Source: an uncultured delta proteobacterium
Lineage (GTDB): Bacteria > Myxococcota_A > Polyangia > Polyangiales > Polyangiaceae
NCBI GenBank assembly: GCA_963806225.1
Contig: CAWDXG010000004.1
Span: 2,944,001-3,008,000, forward strand
DNA: 64,000 bases
Direction: 5' to 3'
How positions within the stretch are numbered: the stretch's first letter is position 1; each line of letters starts with the position of its first letter. The notes under the pieces were generated by a model. The model searched no databases. It was not told where the DNA came from and saw nothing but the letters and a program-made list of their open reading frames with translations. Shown here piece by piece: positions 10,495 to 20,584 of the stretch. The position numbers and the translations under genes were made by a program.

Positions 10495-10970
10495 ATGTCA
10501 GCATCTCCGGCTGCCTTCGCGGCGCTTGTGGCAGCGGCATTCGTGCTGCTTCCGGCGCAGAAGGCTGCGGCTAGCCCTACCTATCCCGGCCAGTTGCAGC
10601 AGGACCTCGGGATGCCCTGTGCCCCGCCCTGCACCGTCTGTCACCGCGACACCAACGGCGGCATCGGCACCGTCGTCAAACCCTTCGGACAGGCCATGCT
10701 CGGCGCGGGAGTCAGGCCCCAGGGCCTCGCCGCCGCGGAACAGACGCTGGAGAAGAACGCCACCGACAGCGATTTCGACGGCGTGCCGGACATCCAGGAG
10801 CTGCGAACACGGGAGCGACCCCAACGGCGCCGGCGGCAACCTGTGCAGCGAGGGCCCGGCCTATGGCTGCGGCGCGCACATCGCGCGCGGCGGCGTGGCA
10901 AGCCTCGGCGCGCCGCTGGCAGCGATTGCGGGTATCGCGTCTCCTGGTCGGGCTGCGTCGGCGGCGTTGA
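10495..10970 (+). CDS. Small monoheme cytochrome c with Ca-binding DxDxDG motif and MYXO-CTERM-like tail (frameshifted)
   Basis: Signal peptide, CTVCH, KPFGQAM, DSDFDGVPDIQEL..GSDPN, then YGCGA..LVGLRRRR-stop. Confidence 0.72.
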
Positions 10971-11028
10971 CGTCCTGCTCGCGATTTCGCTGCGGCTGGG
11001 CCGCTCGCAACAAGAGCCGAGGTGCATC

Positions 11029-11715
11029 ATGAGACGAGAGACGTTTTCCCGCAACCCGTCGAGCTCCGGTCTCGCGCCGTTCTTGCTCGCCGCGCTCTGA
11101 ATAGCGAGTGTCGGAGTTCTCCAGCTCGCAAACAGACCATTCCCGGTACGCAAGGTGCGCCCTGCGTGGACGGTGACCTCTGCGACTACGGTCTGACGTG
11201 CGTGTCGGGTACCTGCCAGCCCGGCTCGTGGGGAATCAGCGCGGGCGGTGCCAGCGGAGTCGACGGCGGCAGGGAGCGGCGGCACACAGGCTGATGGAGC
11301 GGGCGAGAGCCAGCGGCGGGAAGCTGGCGGCAGCACCGCCAGCGGCCGTGTGGAACCGCCAGCGGTGGAACCGGAGGCGCAGGCGCCACCGGCGGGACGA
11401 GCGCCACCGGCGGGAGCGGGTGGCACGGCTCCCACCGGCGGGACGGGTGGCCACCGGCGGCACGGGCGGGACGGGGCCAGCGGCGGCACGGGCGGGACGG
11501 GCAGCACCGGCGGGACGGGTCGCCGCCGGCGGAACAGGCGGTACAGGCGGTGCATCATGCGTCGGACTGCCGGCTCCTGGTGGTCGCTGCAACATTGGTT
11601 TCTGCTACTGCGCGTCGACAAGAACGAGTGCTACCCGCACTGTGCGACCGCGGAACTACTGCCCCGGAACCCTGCAATGCAAATGAGCGGCGTCGTCTAT
11701 TCCATCGCTTGCTGA
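11029..11715 (+). CDS. Cys-rich lipoprotein with Gly/Thr linker (degraded by indels)
   Basis: Hydrophobic N-terminus, CVDGDLCDYGLTCVSGTC module, GGTGG repeats, C-terminal Cys module. Confidence 0.5.
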
Positions 11716-11899
11716 TCGCTGGTATCGGTCGCGGCAAGCGGTCTGGTCATGGCGGCGAGCTACTCGAGCGGGCAACAGCCGGCGCCCCAGCCGGCACGTC
11801 CTGTAAACCGGTCCTGCGACTCAATCCGTACGCAGCTCTTTTCGACACAGTCGTCGCTCTCGGGCGGCGCGTGTCACCGCGGCGGAGCACTCCCGCACG

Positions 11900-13290
11900 G
11901 GTCGCCATGAATATGTGGACCGCCGACCTCGAGAGTCTGCTGGTGAACGCGCAATCCGGTACCTGCACCAGTTGACTGCTCATCAGATCCAGGACGGCCG
12001 CGCCGGAACAGTCCCCTGCTGTGGCCGAAGCTGTACTCGGACTAGCCGCCGTGCGGAGCGACGATGCCACTGGGCAGTCGCATCTTCCGGCGACCCAGCT
12101 GGCGTGTGTTCGCGATTGGATGAAGAACGCAGCCCGCGCGGCGTCGCGCGGCCAGGCTGCGAGTTGTGTGGCAGGAACAGCGTACCGTGGACCTGAAGTT
12201 ACCGACGCGAGCCACTGCGGCGAGTGCGACACGGCCTGTCCGGCTGCGAATGCTGCGTGCGTGGACGACGCGGGGAGGTGCAGCGGCTCGGGCAACCCTG
12301 ACCGCGTGCGGCGCGCACTGTGTCGACGTGGAGGCGGACGCCAGCACTGCGGAATGCGTGCGAGGCCCTGCCCGAGCGGGGCGCTGTGCAACGTGGGACA
12401 ATGCGTCTGCCCTCTCGGGGCTGGACGTGTGCGCGGCAGCGCTATCTGCACCGATAGCGAGCTCTGACGCCGCCAACTGTGGCGGCTGCGGGAAGGGCTG
12501 CGCGTCCGGCGAGGTGCTGCCTGAACGGCGCCTGCGCGACCGGCTGCGGGCTGGCTGACCCAGTGCGGGCTCCTGCTGCGCGGACACTGAGAGACGGCAG
12601 GTTCAACTGCGGCGCTTGCGGCAAGACCAGTGCTCGCTCGGTGCGTCGTGCGTCGGCGGGACGTGCGCTTGCCCGCTGCCGGCGACGTTTGAGCTGCGAC
12701 AACACCTGTCTGAACACGTACTCGGATCCGGCCAACTGCGGCGCCTTGCGGGAGAGCTTGATCAAGCGGGCTGGTGTGCAAGCCCGGTCGAAAGCGCGCC
12801 TGCGCGAACGGCAGAACGCCGTGCGGCGGAAAGCTACATCGACACGAACGCTGATCCCTGTTCGAAGCTGCGGCAGCTGCAGTGTTGCGTGCGGCGCGGG
12901 ACAGACCTGCGCGAGCGGGAAGTGCGCGTGTGCGGCAACTGGCGGCTCGGCTTCGTTCGCCGACCGAGGTGCGGCCGATCTTCACGTGAAGCTGTCGCGT
13001 TTCCATGAATGCCGCCACAGTGGATAGAAGCCGGGCGAAGGACATGAATCTGTGTGCGGGCGACGCGTACAAGAACCTGGTCAACGTGGCATCGAAGGAA
13101 TGCAGCGGCGGAAGCTTGCGCGTGGCGCTCGAGGACCCCTCGCAGAGCTACGTCATGAACGAGCTGCTCGGCGTCTCCCTGTACTTCGGCACGCAGATGC
13201 CGAAGGTCGGCGCCGGCAGCTGCGCCAGTCGCAGCTTGACCTGATTGGCTTTCGCTGGATCTGCAGCTGGCGCGCCGAACAACTCGGCTG
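11900..13290 (+). CDS. Cys-rich repeat protein (DPxNCGxCGxxC units) ending in a cytochrome c-like domain; heavily frameshifted
   Basis: Fragments DASHCGECDTAC, DAANCGGCGKGC, DPANCG; C-terminal YKNLVNVASKECSGGSLRVALEDPSQSYVMNELLG..GTQMPK..WIC. Confidence 0.55.
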
Positions 13291-13429
13291 ATCTTGAGCC
13301 ACGCCGGTCGCTCGCGACCACCACTTGATGAACCCGATCCTCGCCGAGGTCCAGCCGGCGCAGCGGAGAGCAGGGGCGCCGGCGCCGTTCCCGGGCCGTG
13401 CCTGCCTTCTCCGCGGCTGGAGGATGTGT

Positions 13430-14300
13430 GAGTCGCTTCTTCTTCGTCCTTCGAGTCGCTGGCGCGGCGGCCGCCGGTGCAGCGAGGCGCCAGTTGCAGC
13501 CGCTGCGACAACCAGTGCCGACGCAGGCGAATGGTGCCGGTGGGTGCCTGCAGCAGCGGCGGGCGTAGAAGCCGGCGCGAGAGCTGGCCTGACGCTTCCG
13601 GAGGCGACCGCCTGCACGCCGGCGGCGTACAGCCCGCGCGGCTGCGAGATGCAGACGGTGTTGAAGACGATCTACTACGGCAAGAAGATGCCAAGGCGGG
13701 CGAGGTGTGCCAGCGACGACAACGATGGTGTGCCGCACACAGCCCTGCACGCTCCAGACGACCCTGCCGCCCAGGGTGGACCTGCGGCCGAAGTCTCCGA
13801 CGGCTCGACGACGCTCGACTGCGGGCGACTGCGCCGATCCGGAGGCCTGCGGCGAAGCGAACCGCCGGAAGTCGATGCGCTCACTGCCTCGGGCATTTCA
13901 CTTCCCCGCTCGAGCGAGACTACGAGCAGCGTCCCGACGGTACGGCGGAACGCTCGACTGCGAACTGCGGCGCGCCTGACGTCCGGCGGACACAGTTCGA
14001 CAATGTATCCCGCTACGCCGAGACGACCTCGTAACAGCGCCCAACTGCGGCGTTGTCTCCGACGAATGCGGTTACGCTGGAACTGTCGGCGCATCACCTC
14101 CGAGACGTGCGGCGGCGGCGGCGAATCGAGGTGTGTAGGTGCACCGCCCTGCGGTGTGGAGCGGCGGATGCCGCCGGTCACCCGCAACGATGTCAGCGGC
14201 ACGATCGACTGCGGCAGTGCGGCGCGGACTGGTGCGTCGACGTGTGCACGCCTCGCCGTCGGCTCGCGCCTATCGACGGCTGTTCCTCGACCGCGCGACG
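13430..14300 (+). CDS. Degraded Cys-rich repeat protein (CGxxSDGCGxTLDCG-type units)
   Basis: Fragments SDGSTTLDCG, GGTLDC, NCGVVSDECG, ETCGGGG and GTIDCG across shifting frames; boundaries uncertain. Confidence 0.35.
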
Positions 14301-14499
14301 ATCCACGTGCGCCGCAACTTCAACGATTCATCGACGTATGACGCGCTGGCCCGTGCAGTCGCTGCCCCGCCGCACGTGTTTCCTCGCTGACAGGTCGCCA
14401 CGGTCCACGGCGCCACCGGCCCGCCGCAGGTCGACACGCTCGTCGAGGCGGCGCAGCGACTGGCGCGCGCTCGTGCCGCCGGGCGACAGCTCCACTCTC

Positions 14500-16208
14500 G
14501 CACTACTTCCGCCCGGTGCAGACGACGCCGCGCATGCGCCACAGTTGGCACGGGCGAGTCGTCAGGCCCGCGCCGGCCCCACCCGCAGCGATCATTGACC
14601 GCGTTGACGAGGCGCGCGACCCGCCCGGCGCGCGAGCTCGCCGCTCGCGCGACTCTTCCCGCCGAGCCGCCGCAGGTCGGCGACGCTGCTGGTGGAGACG
14701 CACTTCCATTGCACTCGAGCAGCGCCCCAGGCGCGCGCAGCTGCCCCCGCTGCAAACCCTGCGGTCCGCGAGCGTTGTACAGGCGGTTCGCCGCGTTCGC
14801 CGGTCGACGCCAGCGCCGAACGCGGAGCCGTGCCGCACCTGCGCGCGCCGAGCTTCCCGCCCACTGCAGGCGACCGAGGCGGGCAGACGTCCACAGGCTG
14901 CCACAGTTCCGCCGGATCAGTGCCGAGGGTGACTCCAGGCCGCTCGCGCGGCTGGTCGTGCCCGGAACCACAGCTGCGCGCTGCACGTTCCAGCCGTCCA
15001 CACCTGTCCGAGCCGGCAGGCATTGCCACCAGTGCCGCAGTTGCCTCCGCTGGTGGGCGAGGTCGACGCCGGTACCGCCCGCGATTCCGTGCATGCCGAG
15101 CGGACAGCGCATCGCCGCTCTGGCGTGCCAGCACCCCACGCGCGGTGCCAGCCGCTGGCAGCTCGCCGGATCGACGGTGCGCAGGTCGACGGCAAGCGCC
15201 GTTGCATTCCACGAGCGGAGCCGAGCAAGCTGCCAGGCAGGTACACGTCGTTGCGGCCGGCCTGACCCGCCTGGCACTGCGTGCCGGCAGCACCGGCAGT
15301 TGGCCGGGTCATGTGCTAGTGGCGGTACAGGTGCTGCCGCAGAGCGTCTGTCCGACCGGACAGGTGCACGTGCCACCCGTACAGGCCGCACCCGCGGGGC
15401 AGACCGTCCCGCAGCTTCCACAGTGCATCGCGCTCGATGAAAGATCAGCGCAGGCTCCGTTGCAGCTCGTCTGGCCGGCAGCGCACTCTGCGCTGCACAC
15501 CCCCACGCTGCACACCTGACCCGCCACGCACACGTGGCCGCACGCGCCGCAGTTCGCCGGGTCCTCGGCAAGCGTCACGCAGACGCCGTTGCAGGCGGTC
15601 TGGCCGGGCGCGCACGCGCAAGTGCCGCTGGTGCAGCTTTTCCACCCTTGCAGGCGTTGGCGCAGCTTCCGCAGTGGTCCCGGTCGGAGACAGGTCCACG
15701 CAGCTTCCGTAGCAATTCGCCAGTCCGGAACCGCAGCTCGTAGCGCAGTGCCCCGAGTTGCACACCTGGCTTACTCCGCACACGTTTTCGCAACTTCCGC
15801 AGTTCAGCGGATCGGTAGCAGACGTCGTGCAACTGCCGCTGCACTCCGTCTGACCCGGACGGCACACGCACGCGGACAGGACGCAGCTCTGGTCGCCGGG
15901 GCAGGCGGTGCCGCAAGCACCGCAGTTGAGCGAGTCGGAAGTCAACGAGACGCACTGTCCGTCGCAGCAGGTCTGTCCGTTGCCGCAGGCGACGCAGCCG
16001 CCCTCCTGACCGCGTCGGAGGCGTCAGGCGGCACCACCGCGTCGGTACCCCCAGCTCCGCCCGCATCCAGAGTTCCCGCGTCGGCGCCGCCCGCAGAGCC
16101 ATCCGCGTGCCCCTGGGCGGGCGCGGTGATCGCATCCGCAAGCGACTTGCCGCAGCCCGCAAGCGCAAGCAGCAGCACGACACCCCACCAGCGCGAGGCG
16201 AGGGTCAC
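14500..16208 (-). CDS. Cys-rich repeat lipoprotein (Stigma1/MXAN_6577-like DPxNCGxCG repeats; frameshifted)
   Basis: GTG overlaps the upstream TGA; lipobox LALAGC; repeats DSLNCGACGTAC, DPLNCGSCENVC, DPANCGACGHVC; 3' end unclear. Confidence 0.7.
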
Positions 16209-17230
16209 CAGCGCACCCCGAGTCCGCCCGTGCCCAGAAGCGTCGGATGTCCGCCCTCCGCCACCGTGTCGCCGGCAAATCGCACACCGACACCAGGTAG
16301 CAGGTACGCCGCGTCGAGCTCGAGCGACAGCATCACGGGGCCGAAGAGCGCGTAGGACAAGCCCACCCCGCCCACTACGGCCGCGCTCCACGCCTGACCG
16401 CTCGCGTCCCCGTACGGCGCTCTAGCACTTCCGCGAGCTCCGAGATGGTAGGCGCCGACTCCGAGCTCGGCGAACGGGGCGAGCGCCTCGTCCGGCCAGG
16501 GCTCGTAGCGCGCCTGGATCGCCAGCAGCTCCTGGTCGACCGTCGCGCTGCCCGCGGCTCCGCGCACCGTCCCCAGCGCAGGCCCCCAGGCTCGACTTCC
16601 GCACCAAGATGCCGCATCGGCCGCCAGCCGAACGCGAGCGCTGGAGTCACGCTCGCGGGCAATCTGCGGGTCCCGCCATCACCGCAGCCCCGGCGCGCAG
16701 CTCGTTGCGATGCGTCGGAGTGGGCTGGACCGGCGGCTCCACCCATTTCCTGGAGCTCGGGTGTGGGCGCCAGCTCACCACGAGGACGGTGCTCGTCGTT
16801 CAGCTCGAGCAGGCTCGCCCGGAGCAGCTCCACGGCACGGATCGCGAAATCGCTGCGGCGTCGCGCGTCCCGGGCTCGACGTCGACGCGCCTGAGCAGTG
16901 TCTTCCCGGTGACCCGGTCGGTAATCCACACGGCAGCATCCACGCCGCTGACTAGCGGTTGGACAACGGCGATGGCCGCGATGCTGTGCGTGTCGCGCGC
17001 CGCGCGCTCGAGGTCGGCCGGGTCGGTGGCGCTGCTCCTGACGGCCACGACAGAAAACCCCGCAGCGCCGAGCTCGGAACGCAGCCGGATCTCGACCGGG
17101 CTGCGCTGATCCTCGTCGGTGCGCGGCAGCAGGATGGCGACGCGAGGGAGCGCCGCCGCATCGACAGCCGCAGCGTCATACCCACCAACGCCAACAGCGC
17201 GAGCCACTGCCTCGAGGGTTCACAATCTCC
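16205..17230 (-). CDS. Secreted protein with putative C-terminal beta-barrel, third gene of the ECF-FecR operon (frameshifted)
   Basis: RLRSELGAAGF, WITDRVTGKTL, AIRAVELLRASLLEL; C-terminal strands ending GLGVRW. Confidence 0.65.
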
Positions 17231-18516
17231 CGGGCGACCCCTGCGTAGGGCCCGTTCGGGAAGCGCCTCAGGTAGTCGCGGGCGGCGTCCTCGCTCTGTG
17301 CAACGTTCCCGAGATGCTTGAGCGCCAGCATGCGGCGCCCGAGCGCTTCAGCGGCAAGGCCACCGCCGGGCGCCTGCTCGAGGTAGGTATCGTACCAGCG
17401 GAGCGCCTGCGCCGGGCTGCCCCCGTCGTCCGCCATGCGCCCGAGCAGGAACGCGGCCGACACGCCACGCGCCGACCCTGGAAAGCGCGAGCGCAGCTCG
17501 AGCAGGGCACGACGCGCCAGCGCACCGTCACCCGTGTAGCGCGCCGCGTCGGCCAGCGCCGACACATCGTCGACGCTGCCGCTCGACAACACGGCGCCGA
17601 TGCCGCGCTGGCGGGCGAGAGCCAGCACTTGCTTGTAGTCGCCCTGCGCGATGAGATGACTGAACGACGGCGGCGCTGGCGTCGGTGGAGGCGTGGCCGG
17701 CACGGGCGCGGACGCCGCGGCCGGTGGCGTCGTGTCGCGATCGCGCACCGGCGATGCGTCGCCGTGGCGCACCGCAGGCGCGATCGCAGCGGGTGCCACC
17801 GTCGTGGCAGCTGTCCCGGGCGGCGGAGCCGCGGACCCTCCGGGCTGGCCTGGCGTGGATGCGCCGTCAGGCCTGGGCGCCGTTTCGAGTCGCGCATGGG
17901 ACTCGCTGCTGAAGCGCTGGTGATCACGCACGACCACGCCGGGCTCCGCGCCCGGTCCGCGCACGACCACCGATCCCGATTGCATCACGATCTCGAGCAT
18001 ACCGGCGGGATCCCAGCTCAGGCGGAAGGCCGTGCCGGTCACGCGCACCAGGTAGGGACCCGCGACGAAGCTCCACCTGGTATCGGCCCGATGCACGACG
18101 TGCGCCTGGATACTGCCGGATTCGACCTGCACCGAGGCGCCGTCCGCGGTCGTGCTCGCGACGCGGGCACGCGCACCCTGTTCCAGCGTCACGACGCTGC
18201 CGTCGGAGAACCTGAGCGGAAGCTCGCGGCCGACACCGACAAGGTAGGCCCCCACTGCGCCAGGATCGTCCCCCGCACTGAACGCCAGCCGCTGGGTTCC
18301 GGGAAGCAGCGAGCGCCACGCCACGACGCAGGCGAGCACCGCGACTGCCGCCGCAAGCGCCAGACTACGCACGTGGCGCCGGCGCGTCACCGCCGGTTGT
18401 GCGAGCGCTGCGGAGACAAACCGCCTTCGCGCAGCGGTGTGCGCGTCGTCGGCCACCCCGGGCGCGACCTGCTCGCGGATCAGCTCCGCGGCCCGGTTCG
18501 ACAGCTCCGCCTTCAT
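17176..18516 (-). CDS. FecR-domain anti-sigma factor with C-terminal TPR
   Basis: Single TM, FSDGSVVTLEQG..VESGSI..VRVTGTAF..GSVVV (FecR), Pro linker, TPR ending YLRRFPNGPYA; true stop probably near 17215. Confidence 0.85.
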   Translation of the reverse strand: MKAELSNRAAELIREQVAPGVADDAHTAARRRFVSAALAQPAVTRRRHVRSLALAAAVAVLACVVAWRSLLPGTQRLAFSAGDDPGAVGAYLVGVGRELPLRFSDGSVVTLEQGARARVASTTADGASVQVESGSIQAHVVHRADTRWSFVAGPYLVRVTGTAFRLSWDPAGMLEIVMQSGSVVVRGPGAEPGVVVRDHQRFSSESHARLETAPRPDGASTPGQPGGSAAPPPGTAATTVAPAAIAPAVRHGDASPVRDRDTTPPAAASAPVPATPPPTPAPPSFSHLIAQGDYKQVLALARQRGIGAVLSSGSVDDVSALADAARYTGDGALARRALLELRSRFPGSARGVSAAFLLGRMADDGGSPAQALRWYDTYLEQAPGGGLAAEALGRRMLALKHLGNVAQSEDAARDYLRRFPNGPYAGVAREIVNPRGSGSRCWRWWV

Positions 18517-19178
18517 GAGTCGCCCTCCTCCGGGTCGAGCAGAGGCCGCAACGCTGGATCGCTGCGCGCCATCGCCTCGAAGCGCCGCTCGGCGCGCGCC
18601 AGACGCCGCTTGACGGTGGCCAGCGAACAGCCCGAAAGGCGCGCAGCCTCGGCCAGCTCGTGCCCCTCGACCCGGCGCAGCACGAACGCGATCCGGAGAT
18701 CCGGCGACAGCCTGTCGAGAAGAGCGTAGGTGTGGCGGACTGCTTCGCCGACCGTACCGTCATCCGCATGCACGCCGAGCTCGGGCTCTGGAACGCTAGC
18801 GAGCGGGATCCAGCGACGGAACGCGCGCCGGCGCAGCTCGTTGCGCGCCGTGCGGACGGCGACACTGTAGACAAAGCTGCGCAGCGCCGATGGCTCACGC
18901 AGCGTATGACAGCGCTTGACCACGACCAGGAACGCGTCCTGCGTCAGGTCGTCGAGGTCGCACTCGCTGCCCAGCGTGCGCAGCAGCGCGCCGCGCACCA
19001 TGCCGGCAAATCGGTCGAAGAGCTCGGCGTAGGCGGCTGGCCTCTCCTCCTGCAGGTGCGCGACGAGCTCGGCGTCGTCGGAATGCGCCGACGGCAGCGA
19101 CACGACGCGGCCGGTCTCTACCTGCGCGGTGGAGCCGGCGCGTTGCCGATCCGGACTTTCGCTTTCCCGAGGTACCAT
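18513..19178 (-). CDS. ECF-family RNA polymerase sigma factor
   Basis: DDLTQDAFL, FVYSVAVRTARNELR, region 4 LRRVEGHELAEAARLSGCSLATVKRRLARA; ATGA overlap with the FecR gene. Confidence 0.92.
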   Translation of the reverse strand: MVPRESESPDRQRAGSTAQVETGRVVSLPSAHSDDAELVAHLQEERPAAYAELFDRFAGMVRGALLRTLGSECDLDDLTQDAFLVVVKRCHTLREPSALRSFVYSVAVRTARNELRRRAFRRWIPLASVPEPELGVHADDGTVGEAVRHTYALLDRLSPDLRIAFVLRRVEGHELAEAARLSGCSLATVKRRLARAERRFEAMARSDPALRPLLDPEEGDS

Positions 19179-19469
19179 GAGCTGCCGAAGGCAGTGTATC
19201 AGCCGGCTGGGGACGGCTCACCGAAGTCGGCATGACCGTGGCACGCCCGTTGCTCCCGGAGGCGCCATGGCGTGGAAGACGCCGGCTTTGCTTGTAGTTC
19301 TTGTCGTCGCGTGGTCCGCGCCGGCGCTTCCCCCGTCTCCTCCTCCGCCTCCCGGCGCCGCGCCTGCCCGGTCGCCGTCGTGCCGATACCGGGTCGCGCT
19401 CGCGCGGGTCTCGCGCTCGGCAGGACGTTCCGAAGCCGGAGATCCGGACGTGATACCCTCCGGCGCGGG

Positions 19470-19640
19470 ATGGACGAGTCTGAGGTTCGGGATCTGGAGG
19501 CGCTGACGGCGAAGCTGCCGACGAAGGTCGGCGGCTTTGCGCTCGCCATCACGGGCATCTTCACGGTGGTGCTCGGGCTGCAGACCTGGGCGGTGCTGTA
19601 CCTGCACGGCTGGATCACGATCGTGCCGGCGCGTTGGTAG
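19470..19640 (+). pseudogene. 5' fragment of a membrane protein truncated at the IS91-like element end
   Basis: MDESEVRDLE..GGFALAITGIFTVVLGLQTWAVLYLHGWITIVPA stops mid-helix at the putative oriIS. Confidence 0.5.
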
Positions 19641-20330
19641 GACAAGCGACCTTCAGTGGACGCGGGATGGCGCGAGCGCCGTCGGGAAGGAGCTCTTCGG
19701 AGCCGAGGCGGTGGTGCGCAGCGAGCGCGGGACCGACTTGTTACACCCGCAAGGCGTTCGGTGGGCGGGCTGGCGCTCTGGCGCACAAAGCTCCGCCTCG
19801 CGCTCGCGCCTTCAATGCGCGTCGAACAGCTCCGCCTGCACGGGCTCACCGAGCTTGCGACGGAGGGCAACGCTCTGGAAGAACGGCGGCCCCCGCGCGG
19901 GCGCGAGCGCGGGCGGCTCGGTGGGCTCGCCGAGCCAGCGGAGGTAGCGGCGGATGCCGGCGGCGGTGATCACCAGCGCGCGCGTTTTCAAGCGTCCGCC
20001 GCACTTGCTGCAGCGCTCGACCTCGATGCGGAAGGAGCGCTTCAAGAGCTCCGCCCACGGGCGATAACCCGAGCGATGCGTGGCCGGCTTGGCCTTCCTG
20101 GCGGTGCACCTCGCGCACTCGTCGTCGCTGCCTGTTTCCGGTGGCAGCGGCGGCACGACGCGCGCGCGCCACGTGCTCGCGGCCGCGAGCACGCCGGCGG
20201 CGGCGTAGAGCGTGCATAGGTTATCGCGGACCACGCGGTAGAGCGCGCTCGCCTCCGGGCGGCGGCGCGCGTACGTCGGACTCGCGATCGCGACCGGTGC
20301 AGCGGACACGGCGCGCGCGTGCGCAAGCGG
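19631..20330 (-). mobile_element. Internally deleted IS91/ISCR-like rolling-circle element
   Basis: 165-aa ORF 19812-20309 joins the transposase N-terminus (YARRRPEASALYRVV) to its C-terminus (GVLA..VVP..WAELLKRSF..CSKCGG..PARGPP); oriIS-like end gcttgtcctaccaacgc on the minus strand, 19647-19631. Confidence 0.8.
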
Positions 20331-20584
20331 CGTGCCGGAGCGGCCGGGCCGTGATCTCCGCTACTTCGCGCTCGCGGCAGGGTGGCGGCGCCACGCTCTG
20401 CCGGTGGCGACCGCCAGATACACGCACTCATCTGCGTGGGGCCCCCGGCTGGGCGAAGCCCGGCCTTGGCGGGCCCGCGGCGCGCGACCAGCGCGCCGCA
20501 CCGTGAAACGGCGCCGAGCGTGCGGGGCACCCCCACCGCCGCTGTCATGTCAGCAGTCGCACGACGCGGCGACGTCGCGACGCC

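Noticed and set aside
14300..14500. Possible ncRNA or small gene between the convergent Cys-rich genes
   Set aside because: Sequence is too noisy to support any call; no tRNA, rRNA or riboswitch was recognised anywhere in the window
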